From assembly GCA_026710055.1 (NCBI GenBank), contig JAPORV010000439.1, forward strand, positions 1 through 61,903: 61,903 nt of DNA, read 5' to 3'. Positions within the stretch are counted from its first letter, which is position 1. The number at the start of each line of letters is the position of its first letter. Positions 19,338 to 28,717 of the stretch are shown here, in pieces. The notes below the pieces were generated by a model. The model did no database searches. It saw nothing but the letters and a program-made list of their open reading frames with translations, and was not told where the DNA came from. This DNA is from Aestuariivita sp. GTDB lineage: Bacteria; Pseudomonadota; Alphaproteobacteria; Rhodobacterales; Rhodobacteraceae. Position numbers and translations under genes: made by a program.

Positions 19338-19913
19338 CTAGGCGGTCTGCTGTTTGTTCAGAGTTCGGTAGACGGTTGGGCGTGATACCGAGAAGATCTC
19401 GGCGAGATCGCTGATCGTGTAGTTCCCGCTATCATGCATGCGCCAAAGTTCCTTCCTTTGTTTTTCGGACAGTTTCGGGGATTTCCCCCGGAGCTTTCCC
19501 TTGGCTTTGGCAATGGCCATGCCCTCACGGGTGCGCATCCGGATCAGGTCAGCCTCGAACTCTGCGAAGGTGGCGACGATGTTGAAAAACATCCGGCCCA
19601 TCGGGTCAGAGGGGTCGTGGATGGTTGGGCCGAGGGCGAGCGTCACGCCCCTCCGTTCGAGTTCCTGGGCAATGTCACGTGCATCTGGAACGGAACGAGC
19701 CAGACGGTCCAGTTTTGACACGACGAGCGTGTCGCCTTCGCGTAGCGCCGCAAGCGCCTGGGCGAGACCTGGGCGATCTCTTCCGGTTCCAGTCAGTCCG
19801 TGGTCTGTGTAAATTCGGTCCTCGGTCACACCCAGTTCGAATAGGGCCTTCCGCTGTGCCTCAAGGTCCTGAGCGTGGGTCGAGCAACGGGCATATCCGA
19901 TTTTGATAGTCAT
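19338..19913 (-). CDS. Serine recombinase (resolvase/invertase family)
   Basis: ORF 19338..19955, with the likely start at MTIKIGYARCST (ATG 19913). The motifs YARCSTHAQDL and DRLARS, plus a C-terminal HTH (ISDLAEIFSVSRPTVYR), are typical of small serine recombinases. Confidence 0.9.
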   Translation of the reverse strand: MTIKIGYARCSTHAQDLEAQRKALFELGVTEDRIYTDHGLTGTGRDRPGLAQALAALREGDTLVVSKLDRLARSVPDARDIAQELERRGVTLALGPTIHDPSDPMGRMFFNIVATFAEFEADLIRMRTREGMAIAKAKGKLRGKSPKLSEKQRKELWRMHDSGNYTISDLAEIFSVSRPTVYRTLNKQQTA

Positions 19914-20364
19914 AGCGGGACTGTACGAAAAGGCTCCCCTCATTGCAACATTCATCGTACCAATCTATTGAGACATGTTTCGGCCTTGTTTTGCAGAGTG
20001 GATGTTTTAGCCGGAAGCTGTCCGTTGAGCGTTCCACTATCGGACAACCCAAAACAACGCTCATACTCTCCCCCGGTACCTGCAGTCGTACCGAAATCCC
20101 GAAGGTATCTCTGATGAAAAACTCCTTATTACCTAACGGCAAGACCGCATTTTACCAAAAACGCCTATCGTCCACCTCACTTGCGCTGTGCCGGCGGCTG
20201 CTTTAGTCTCCCTTTGAGAGACACCGATCGATGTTGAGCTCTGACAATATGACAAACCGTCCCTCGTCATCAGAGCTTCTACTCAACCTTTTAGCACAAC
20301 ACTAGGGTCCGGTGAGAGAGGCTTAGTGGTGCACGTCACTGTTAAATTGGAAAAGGACATATTT

Positions 20365-21006
20365 ATGACTGACGCATCTTCAAACCAATCCCATGACGAT
20401 ACAAAAGATTTAAAACTGTTTTGTGATTTATGCGAATGGGCTTATCAATATTGGGCAATGTATTATGCGCTGTTTCATGCAATGCCGGATCGTTTGAAGC
20501 AACACAATGTCTCATTAAGAGAATTTTTAAAAACCCCGGAAGGTGCTTGTTTTAATCGTTTAAACAAGGCCATTCAGGATTATTGCATTCTAGAAATTGC
20601 TAAATTACATGATAAAAATACCAGAAGTTTAACAGTTCATCATATTCAAAAAAAACAGTTCTGGAACACAGAAGATCGACAGGAAATCAATAATTTGATT
20701 TCAGAATTAGAAAAGTTTTACGAATTGTTAAAAAATGCGCGTAACAAAATCCTGGCACATAACGATCTTGCTACATATCGAGATAATCTGGTTCTTGGCA
20801 ATTTTTCAGACGGAAAAGACGAAGTTTATTTCGAGAACCTAGCGGAATTATGCACGATCGTTTGGAGGAAAGTTCCCAATAAAGGTGCATGCCAGAGAAG
20901 TTTTACATTTACAAAATCCGGCCCTGCCAATAATTTATTAAATTCGGTGACCGAAGGACAAGCACTGGGCGAATTGATCGTCAAAGCATGGCGTAATAAG
21001 GTTTAA
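20365..21006 (+). CDS. HEPN-like (AbiU2-like) protein, possible abortive-infection/RNase effector
   Basis: ORF 20326..21006, with the likely start at ATG 20365. It contains ARNKILAHND, which fits the R-x4-6-H HEPN motif. The region is AT-rich and next to a recombinase. A decayed paralog lies at 28718..29010. Confidence 0.4.
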   Translation: MTDASSNQSHDDTKDLKLFCDLCEWAYQYWAMYYALFHAMPDRLKQHNVSLREFLKTPEGACFNRLNKAIQDYCILEIAKLHDKNTRSLTVHHIQKKQFWNTEDRQEINNLISELEKFYELLKNARNKILAHNDLATYRDNLVLGNFSDGKDEVYFENLAELCTIVWRKVPNKGACQRSFTFTKSGPANNLLNSVTEGQALGELIVKAWRNKV

Positions 21007-21070
21007 CTGCGTTGTAGCGGATGACAGGCGAGTGCCGGTGGCACAGAATGGGACTCAAAAGCGCTTGACG

Positions 21071-21450
21071 GGTCCTTTCGCACCGAGCCGGCATCGCGGC
21101 CAAAGTCATTCCTGATACACGCAAGACCACTTTGCATGAGTTTGCTGATGAAGCTGCTGCTGACAGTGCCGACAAGTTTACCGATGAAAACAAAAGCTAC
21201 ACAGGCTTGAAACACCATAAGGCAGTTAATCATTCAGTGGGTGAATGGAATGGAATCCTTTTGGGCGATGATGAAACGCGGCTATCACGGTATCTATCAT
21301 CACATGAGCAAGAAGCACCTCAACAAGTATGTGCAAGAGTTTGCCAAACGCCACAATCTTCGCCAACTGGATACAATGGAGTAAATGGAAGAAGTTGTGG
21401 CCGGTATGTTCGGAAGGCGGCTCATGTATGATGAGTTAGTTGCTGATTAA
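21071..21450 (+). mobile_element. IS1595-family (ISXO2-like) transposase C-terminal remnant (pseudogene: truncated, frameshifted, in-frame stop)
   Basis: One frame reads IAAKVIPDTRKTTLHEFADE..DKFTDENKSYTGLKHHKAVNHSVGEW. After a shift near 21250, another frame reads [64 protein letters not shown]. The N-terminal part of the transposase is absent. Confidence 0.65.
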
Positions 21451-21599
21451 TTGAGAATTTGAAGGCGGGGAGCGTTAGGTTCTCCGTCAATTTTTTCTTT
21501 TTTTTATCGGCTGTCTCAATTGTTGACAGTTGGGGCAGTTGGCTTCATACAAGTATATAAGGGATATGAAAGGCCAATTTAATCAATGAAGAGTTCAAT

Positions 21600-21896
21600 T
21601 TGAGTAATTTGATTTCTCTTGGCTCGTTGGCTGTTTCATTGATTCTTGTGTATGTTCTGCTCAGTGGGAATGTTAATTCGTCATTAAACAGTCGCTTAAC
21701 CAGCATTAAAACCAATATTACTGAATTTCGTACTGAGTCAGGAAAAGATCGCCGCAACCTTCAAACTTCTATGAATGTTTTTCAAGCAGAAATGCGAGAA
21801 ATTGCAAAAAATCAAGGTCGCCTTGAAGGGCTTGTTGAGGCAATCCTTGTTGAACAATTTAACAATGTTGACAGTTGGGACAGTAGTCGCCAGTGA
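21600..21896 (+). CDS. Hypothetical small membrane/coiled-coil protein
   Basis: 98-aa ORF with a TTG start, an N-terminal hydrophobic segment and then a coiled-coil-like sequence. There is no homology support. Confidence 0.2.
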   Translation: MSNLISLGSLAVSLILVYVLLSGNVNSSLNSRLTSIKTNITEFRTESGKDRRNLQTSMNVFQAEMREIAKNQGRLEGLVEAILVEQFNNVDSWDSSRQ

Positions 21897-22108
21897 TTTA
21901 AGTTATCGATTTTGTAGGATTAGCTTGTATAGTTAAGTATATAATTCCCAAAATTAAGTCGGCAAAATATGTTCTTATAAAATTACCAACTTGGTTGCGC
22001 TTGAATTCCCAAAATAATTGAATAAAATCAGTCTGCTAAGCCTGAAGGAGTGCAGCAACGGTCACCCCTTTTTCTTGAAAACGTTATCTTTGATATGCTG
22101 TTGGGATG

Positions 22109-23758
22109 CTAAGCCCGACCGCCGTGCCTCATTCTATGAGCCCGAATTGTTGTCCAGCTGTTGCGAATGACCTTTAATTCATCCACCGTCTGATATCCTT
22201 CGGAGATCAACCAACGATCGCCAAAATCGAGTATCTCGTGAATGTCGCCGTTCGCAATTCGGTGCACTTGAAGAAATTCCGCAAACTGTTGTTCGGATGG
22301 TTCATGATAAATGAGAGCTAAGCCGCGAAACTCATTAGGCGAAAGTTCTAGTACACCACCTCCATAAAACCGACCGTTAATCTCAGCAAAAAGCATCGTT
22401 AACGACGTGTAGAATGAAAAGCATAGGCCTTGAGCGGTATACCCTTTTTTGAGACGCAATCCATAAGCTGCATCTGTCGTATAGGCGCCCGCTTCATTTA
22501 TCAGTACTCTGGGATGACTGTGTGAGCGCTTGAAAACGAATGCCTCTTCTGGTTCGACTAACGGCACCTGATACCAGTTTGAGCGCTTCCGGCATTTATA
22601 TCGTAAATGAATATCCCCTGCTTCACCAATCTCAATGTAAGCCTTCGCGGCAGGAGAAAGCCGCTCGCGTTCTCCTTCCAGGTATAACAGTAAACATGGT
22701 TGTCGCTCTGCGAGTTCATCGAAATGCGTGGATGTGAAAACCGGACTAGAAGACGCAAAGCTACCCTTCTTGAGAATGGGTTTGGTGTACTCAGAAAGGC
22801 CAAGCTTCGTGATGTCCATCTTTGTCCGAATGAAAAAATCATTTGCAGCCGACACAACACCCGGAGCGCTCGTCAAGAAATCCGAGACGCGACCAGTTTG
22901 TGATTGGAGCTTCTTGATCAGTCTCACCGAGGCTGTCGGTAATAGGTATGAATTAAGTTCGATTCCAACATGGTCACCATTCCGAAACTGTATCTTGAGG
23001 CCGTCAAGGTCACCAAGTTTCAGGAAGTCCGATACTTTGGAGATATACAAACCCGGTTTTGTCATCGGCTTTTTCTGAGCAATGAAAATGACTGCATCTT
23101 GATCAATTTCTCTAAACGCCCTTTGCGTGGATACCAAGATGTCCACGCGATCATATTCTCGCTGAATATGGTTAAGCACTTTTTGTCCATAATCAACGGT
23201 GAGGAGTTCATATGGGAGAACGAGAGCTACAACGCCGTCGTCAGCAACCAGCTTAGCGGCTGCGAGCAAGAATGCAGGCCAAATGTTCTTTAACCTGTTC
23301 AATGGGTAGTCAAAAGCAACCGCGAACCGCTTCAGGCTTTCCTTGACTTCCGTTGAAAAATTGTGACGGCGGATAAATGGAGGATTGCCTACGATCAGAT
23401 CAAATTTTTTTAGTTCTCCATCTTTAATTTCCCGGTCAACCGCATACTGGATAAAGTCACCTTGAATGAAATTTAGAATGTCGGCTTGATTATGGTAGCG
23501 GTGTTGTAGGTCACGGATAACCTGACTGTCTACATCAATGGCAGTGACCTTTATTGAGGAAGCTTCAAGACCTGTGAGCCCCGGTAGAAAGGCCCCATCG
23601 CCAACACTAGGCTCTAATACGTTGAGAGCCCGTGTTCCGAGCAACGAGACGCACTGCTCAACGACGGAAGCAGCAACGGCAACCGGCGTATAGACTGCCC
23701 CAGTGTGACGCACTGACGATCTCCAATCACTCATGAGCTTGACCTTCGTATCGATCAA
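22109..23758 (-). CDS. N6-adenine DNA methyltransferase (gamma-class, Eco57I/TaqI-like with C-terminal target-recognition domain)
   Basis: 549 aa with motif I LEPSVGDGAFL and motif IV DLIVGNPPFIRR (NPPF), followed by a long C-terminal domain. It is the last gene of an overlapping five-gene operon. Confidence 0.85.
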   Translation of the reverse strand: MIDTKVKLMSDWRSSVRHTGAVYTPVAVAASVVEQCVSLLGTRALNVLEPSVGDGAFLPGLTGLEASSIKVTAIDVDSQVIRDLQHRYHNQADILNFIQGDFIQYAVDREIKDGELKKFDLIVGNPPFIRRHNFSTEVKESLKRFAVAFDYPLNRLKNIWPAFLLAAAKLVADDGVVALVLPYELLTVDYGQKVLNHIQREYDRVDILVSTQRAFREIDQDAVIFIAQKKPMTKPGLYISKVSDFLKLGDLDGLKIQFRNGDHVGIELNSYLLPTASVRLIKKLQSQTGRVSDFLTSAPGVVSAANDFFIRTKMDITKLGLSEYTKPILKKGSFASSSPVFTSTHFDELAERQPCLLLYLEGERERLSPAAKAYIEIGEAGDIHLRYKCRKRSNWYQVPLVEPEEAFVFKRSHSHPRVLINEAGAYTTDAAYGLRLKKGYTAQGLCFSFYTSLTMLFAEINGRFYGGGVLELSPNEFRGLALIYHEPSEQQFAEFLQVHRIANGDIHEILDFGDRWLISEGYQTVDELKVIRNSWTTIRAHRMRHGGRA

Positions 23759-24338
23759 TAGCTATTGTGAGATCCCGATATCGTTCTAGAAGAGCAGTAT
23801 AGATTGCCGAATTCGGCAAATTAGACTGCTTGTAGCGTACGATCAGCAGATCAATTTCATCGCGTAGTTTTCTGGCTCTTCGTGAATGCCAAAGCACTTG
23901 GTGCCGAACAAGGTGGAGTCCCAGTCGCTTGAACATATACTGACCGAGAGCGCTCCTTGAAATGATCGCGCCTTCTGTCGATCTCGACAAATGAGCATCA
24001 TAGCACGGATCACAAGGATCAACAAACCCTCGCTTACCATCATTTGGCGTGGCAGGATCTAAGCCTACCCAATGACTGGATTTCCGCACATTGCAAAAGC
24101 GGCAAGCGTAGACGAGATTACCGTATTCAGTCTCAAGCGCCTTGAAGCGGCTCTTCGGTGCAAAGTGATCGATATGAAAGCAAATCGGATCACAGTGAAA
24201 ATCGCTATCATCGCAATAGCCACATCGTCCATTAAAGTCGGTCCGCAGATCATCACGGTAGTCGGTGTAATGTGGCCGAGAAGGCACATTCCTTCGCTGC
24301 GGTATCGCATCTCGAAGCATCAATACTCTATTCTCCAA
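23727..24338 (-). CDS. HNH endonuclease
   Basis: 203 aa. CGYCDD...HIDHFAPKS...NLVYACRFCNVRKS forms a Cys4 plus H-N-H core. The gene overlaps the methyltransferase start by 32 nt and the upstream gene by 11 nt. Confidence 0.8.
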   Translation of the reverse strand: MENRVLMLRDAIPQRRNVPSRPHYTDYRDDLRTDFNGRCGYCDDSDFHCDPICFHIDHFAPKSRFKALETEYGNLVYACRFCNVRKSSHWVGLDPATPNDGKRGFVDPCDPCYDAHLSRSTEGAIISRSALGQYMFKRLGLHLVRHQVLWHSRRARKLRDEIDLLIVRYKQSNLPNSAIYTALLERYRDLTIAIDRYEGQAHE

Positions 24339-24999
24339 GCGCGCGTTTCATATCGGCAATCAAATTCTCTGTCGCATGCAGCAATTCATTACGTTTACGG
24401 AACACATCTTTCTTTACCTCTATCGGAACTTGAGCGTCCGCACCGAGGGATGCTTCCAATTTGTGATCAAGTTCGATGAGTCGGCTGACATGCCGCGCTT
24501 GGCGTTCATCCACTGGAATTGCGACGAGTTGTACCAATTCCTCTTCCCAACTTTTTACTAGATCTTGATGCTTTTGGATTTGTTGAGCGACGCGCTCAAA
24601 AAGAGAGCGGCCACTATGCGCGTCGGCATTGATGTCCTTCGAATAGACACGGTTAACGTCGGCTGAACTTGAAAGGGCGTCCTGCTCGAATGATGTTCTA
24701 ATGAAGCAGGGGAAATCCGCTCTGATCCCAAGAAACCTCTCGACTATCTGTTCTCCAGAGTATTCGAGCGGAGCCGCCTCGGTCAGATTGAAATCTGTTA
24801 TAAGCGCGTCAATGTCGAGCGACAAAATATGCTTTAGCATCTCCTCGATATTCTGTAGAGGTTTGAGCAAATAAATTTTCCCAAAGAGATCGCTGTCGTA
24901 AGCATCAGTATAGAAGTTAGCAAGTTCATCATCCTTCTCGTCAATATAGGCGATGTTGGGACGTCGGCCATTGAGGGAAGGCTCTTCTGGCTCGTTCAT
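24328..24999 (-). CDS. Receiver (REC)-like domain protein with helical C-terminal extension, no recognisable output domain
   Basis: 223 aa. IAYIDEKDDE (acidic pocket) and IDALITDFNL (candidate phospho-acceptor Asp) are arranged as in CheY-like receivers. A 4-nt start/stop overlap links it to the upstream kinase-like gene. Confidence 0.5.
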   Translation of the reverse strand: MNEPEEPSLNGRRPNIAYIDEKDDELANFYTDAYDSDLFGKIYLLKPLQNIEEMLKHILSLDIDALITDFNLTEAAPLEYSGEQIVERFLGIRADFPCFIRTSFEQDALSSSADVNRVYSKDINADAHSGRSLFERVAQQIQKHQDLVKSWEEELVQLVAIPVDERQARHVSRLIELDHKLEASLGADAQVPIEVKKDVFRKRNELLHATENLIADMKRALGE

Positions 25000-27584
25000 C
25001 GTGCTTTTTTCCTTTTGTAAAGAGGCAACGTTAGTGCTAGAGAGAAATGGGGCTGGCCCATCTTCGACAATATCTCTACCCGCCCCCCGTAGTCGTCAAA
25101 GATCGCCTTAACGAGCCACATACCAATACCAGTGCCGGGTAAGTCATTGTTTTGAGTCTCTCGCTTTGAAGTATAGCCATACAGAAAAATATCTTCGGCG
25201 ATATTAAAAGAAGCAGGAATTCCCGGCCCATTGTCTTTATATTCGAAATGCACTTGGTCATCTGTGATGTCTTTTACCTTGATAACGATCTCACGGCTCG
25301 CCTGCTGCGAGGGGCGACTAAAGGCTTCAAATGAGTTGATGATCAAGTTGTAGAAGATACTGTCGATATCGATTTCATATGCAAGGACATGTGGGTCGGT
25401 CTCAATTGATTCAGGAACAGCTAAGTCGATGCTGCGCTCAGAAAGGAACTCACGCCAATACTGTTTGAGATTCCTGAGGTAGGATTGCCACGCGATTGAA
25501 CCGCGCCGTCTTTTAACCGGCGAAACAGAAGCAAGGGCAAAATCAACCCAGCGGCTTACTTTTTCATCTTCACGCCCCCAGCGTTTCAGAATGTTGTATG
25601 GATCCACTAGATTAGGAAGCAGCTTGACCTTTGACTTTTCCACAACCCTGTCTAGAGCGTTTTCCATGCGTTGTTGGCGCGACCCCATATTGGCCTTGAT
25701 CTGCTTAAGTTCATGGGTAAATGATACAAGCACCGTACCAAGAGTAGCCATGCCTCTCAAGACTTGAATTTCGTCCTTCAGAGAATCGTTCCTGCGTTCT
25801 GAGATATTGAGAGCTTCTGCCATTACTTTAGAGGAATCAGCGTCCGCAATAAACGATGATATAATTTCTGAGTTTTGCAACGATGGTGATGAAGAATCGT
25901 TATCAGTTTTCCCCTTCTGATTTGAGATTAGCACTTTATTTGCAATTTTCTTTCCCTTTTCTAGCACTCCGTCATCGGGATTATCTATTTCATAGGCTTC
26001 GTTGAAGTGAATGAAAACATAATTGCGATCACGCTCAAACTCGCGTATGAGTGCCAGAATTACTTTTCGAAAGAGTGCGAATGCTCGCTCATTCATAATA
26101 CCTTCGCGGTTTGACTGATCCGCAAGAAGTGAATTGCGCTCCTTCGAAATGTGGATCGTACCAGCAACTTGCTGCGGCGGCACACGCCAGTCGTGACCCT
26201 TTGTTGCAACGCCGGTAGGGTTTTGCGCCGTTCTTTGTCCCAAGAGTAACCAATCTGATCCTTGAGTGTTAGGTTCACCATACGGACGGACGCGAAATCC
26301 GTCACGATATAGCCGGATACCACCGGAAGCCTTGAGCCAATTACGGCGTTTTGTGACATTAAATCTTTTCTGAGAAAAGCGTTTCAGATTGTCGGATGTT
26401 GGATTCGAAAGCTTAAAGAAATATAATGTGAAATCTAAAGGACCGATGTTAAGTATATCCGCTTCGGTATCACCGTCGGTTAGAGTGACAATATCTGCAA
26501 GCTTCCTCTCGTAAGTCCGTATGCCTCTCTCAAAGTCCTCTTTTCGGTATCCAGACTTCTGTATACCTGGAAGAGTGTAGAAGGTGGGCGTTATACTGTC
26601 GGTATCAATCTCTTGCCGATAGATTTCAATTGCAGCTATACCGTCTTCGCGGACGTTTGCGTGCAGTTTGTAGTCAAATTGGTCTGGCGGGAAATTGTTG
26701 ATCCAACCGCTAGCCCTCGGAATTCTGTGGTCGTACACGAAGATGTTGAAATTGCCTCTATCCTTTAGAGGCAAAAGAGCTTCTAGCGTCTCCCTCAGCT
26801 TGATACTATCGCGCTGATCCCATATATCATGTAATGAACTTATTCCGATTGCAGTTCCGTGTGAAAACGATAACTTCGTGACGTTGTCATCTCGTACTGG
26901 CAAGTGCGTCGGAAGAAGTGCATCAAGGCCAACTGCGGATAACACGCTGTGGTAAGAGCGTGTCTCAGCTTTCAATATGGCAGTTACGTCATCAATGATT
27001 TTTCCTTCGCCTTCGAAATCACCCCAATCGACCTCCCAACATACTACTTCTCGCGAGAACTGCTGTAACGAGTAGAGCTTGCATTTTTGTCCCAACCGAT
27101 CTAATGCGAAACGACCAATGCCCTTGGCTCCAGTTAGAATCCGCCCGCCTGTAGATTTCGCGGTAATTTCCTTTACATCTGTACCGATGACCATCCAGAA
27201 TTGCTCAATGACTGCGCGAGACATGCCTTTACCATTGTCGACAATCCACAGATCCACAATGTTATCCAATTCCTTGGAAAGCATTGCGAGAGCGTCATCT
27301 TTGAGCCCATCCACAAGCTCGAATGTATCATCTTTGCTAGCATAAAATCTGCCACATCCCTTAAGAGTCTCTGACAATCCTACATAATCTTCAACGCTCA
27401 ATGATTGTGGAATACCCGGAAAACGGCGTAGAAAGAAAATAGCACACACGTCTGCATCTGCATCATAGGCATTCTTTACGAGTTCAGTGACCGCACTTTG
27501 AGAAGTGGCAACATTCTCACGACCAATAAGGCGAGCCGCACGGGCGGAAACTTTGAACGGAATCTTCTTCATATCACTATCCAA
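24996..27584 (-). CDS. Fusion protein: N-terminal MORC/HSP90-like GHKL ATPase (HATPase_c_3-like) + C-terminal histidine-kinase core (H-box + HATPase_c)
   Basis: 862 aa. The N-terminal Bergerat motifs are ELVKNAYDADA, VDNGKGMS and GAKGIGRFA. A middle GIRLYRDGFRVRPYG segment follows. The C-terminal part has FTHELKQI (H-box-like), NLIINSFEAF (N-box), KDNGPGIP (G1) and GTGIGMWLV (G2). Confidence 0.7.
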   Translation of the reverse strand: MDSDMKKIPFKVSARAARLIGRENVATSQSAVTELVKNAYDADADVCAIFFLRRFPGIPQSLSVEDYVGLSETLKGCGRFYASKDDTFELVDGLKDDALAMLSKELDNIVDLWIVDNGKGMSRAVIEQFWMVIGTDVKEITAKSTGGRILTGAKGIGRFALDRLGQKCKLYSLQQFSREVVCWEVDWGDFEGEGKIIDDVTAILKAETRSYHSVLSAVGLDALLPTHLPVRDDNVTKLSFSHGTAIGISSLHDIWDQRDSIKLRETLEALLPLKDRGNFNIFVYDHRIPRASGWINNFPPDQFDYKLHANVREDGIAAIEIYRQEIDTDSITPTFYTLPGIQKSGYRKEDFERGIRTYERKLADIVTLTDGDTEADILNIGPLDFTLYFFKLSNPTSDNLKRFSQKRFNVTKRRNWLKASGGIRLYRDGFRVRPYGEPNTQGSDWLLLGQRTAQNPTGVATKGHDWRVPPQQVAGTIHISKERNSLLADQSNREGIMNERAFALFRKVILALIREFERDRNYVFIHFNEAYEIDNPDDGVLEKGKKIANKVLISNQKGKTDNDSSSPSLQNSEIISSFIADADSSKVMAEALNISERRNDSLKDEIQVLRGMATLGTVLVSFTHELKQIKANMGSRQQRMENALDRVVEKSKVKLLPNLVDPYNILKRWGREDEKVSRWVDFALASVSPVKRRRGSIAWQSYLRNLKQYWREFLSERSIDLAVPESIETDPHVLAYEIDIDSIFYNLIINSFEAFSRPSQQASREIVIKVKDITDDQVHFEYKDNGPGIPASFNIAEDIFLYGYTSKRETQNNDLPGTGIGMWLVKAIFDDYGGRVEILSKMGQPHFSLALTLPLYKRKKAR

Positions 27585-27630
27585 TCCTCCAGAACACGAA
27601 TTGTGACATAATTGCGATCCATCATTTTAT

Positions 27631-28395
27631 TCAGAATTTTGCGGCACACACAGTAGCATAAGAATCAGGCAAAAGGCTCCGAGGAAATCCGTTCCATTCC
27701 TCTCCTTCAAGCAATCGACCGCCTGATTTTGCATGTGCTCCACCCCATTGTTTGAAAAAAAAAGCCACATCGAATCGTTCACAAGTCAATCGCAATTCCG
27801 TTGCCCATTCAGGATCCATTGCCCGCGCAAATGGCCCGCTCTCTCCACCCACAATCGCCCAAGCTATATCCGTCAAATCCACATTACCAATCGCTCCTAA
27901 AAGTGGTTCAAAAGAAATGAACCGTGCTTCCGAATTAATTTGACGGAGATGTTCGATACGTCCGATATGAGCACGGTCCTCCACAGATACACCTAACCAA
28001 ATATGCAATGGAATAAGTTGATTTCCATACCGTCTTTTTACATATTTCCGCATTAACGACGATCGCTTCGTCAATACCTGAAAAACATGCCATGATGCAA
28101 AATCCATAGTATCAAATACCTTATCAATATAATCGATTGGAATATCCTTATGAAAGAGATCACTCATGGAATTTACAAAGATCATTCTCGGCTTTTTCCA
28201 GCGTAATGGCTGCTCCAGACGTGATGGCCATAGCCGGAGATCAAAACCCTGTTCATAAGAATGTCCCGTGACACCGCGCCACCGTTCCGCAAAGCGCTCC
28301 GCATAACAATGATCACAACCCGGTCCAATCTTGGTACATCCTGTAACCGGATTCCACGTTGCATCCGTCCATTCAATCGCTGACTTTTGACCCAT
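27631..28395 (-). CDS. DUF5131 (phage Gp37/Gp68 family) protein
   Basis: ORF 27631..28425, with the likely start at MGQKSAIEW (ATG 28395). IEWTDATWNPVTGCTKIGPGCDHCYAERF is the characteristic N-terminal Cys motif of Gp37/Gp68-family proteins. The gene lies 46 nt upstream of the GHKL/kinase gene on the same strand. Confidence 0.75.
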   Translation of the reverse strand: MGQKSAIEWTDATWNPVTGCTKIGPGCDHCYAERFAERWRGVTGHSYEQGFDLRLWPSRLEQPLRWKKPRMIFVNSMSDLFHKDIPIDYIDKVFDTMDFASWHVFQVLTKRSSLMRKYVKRRYGNQLIPLHIWLGVSVEDRAHIGRIEHLRQINSEARFISFEPLLGAIGNVDLTDIAWAIVGGESGPFARAMDPEWATELRLTCERFDVAFFFKQWGGAHAKSGGRLLEGEEWNGFPRSLLPDSYATVCAAKF

Positions 28396-28530
28396 CGTTC
28401 GAACGCCTTTAATACAGATAAACACTCTATATTACACGGTAAATTAATCAGCAATAGACACTTCGATTTTCAATTAAGATTTAAAAATGGTGTTGAGTTT
28501 ATTTTTGTTTAATTAATCGAAAGCAAATCC

Positions 28531-28655
28531 ATGTTTGTTATCGTCATGGCCAGTTTCAAAGGCGATGCGGAAATCCACCTGCGCTGTGCTTCTTGCAACC
28601 AAATTTGCCCGGCAAGGTATGACTATCACAACCCTTGATTGTGATCCTGCAAATC
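28531..28655 (+). pseudogene. ParA/MinD-like ATPase N-terminal fragment (decayed)
   Basis: MFVIVMASFKGD reads in one frame. After a frameshift, the sequence reads RKSTCAVLLATKFARQGMTITTLDCDPAN. This resembles the KGG-GKST Walker A region plus the following strand of ParA-type ATPases. It is truncated after about 40 codons. Confidence 0.35.
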
Positions 28656-28717
28656 TCCCGATCTGTTCATATTATTCGAATATTTGGCGTTTAAACAGTT
28701 CATAGCGAGGTATGTGT

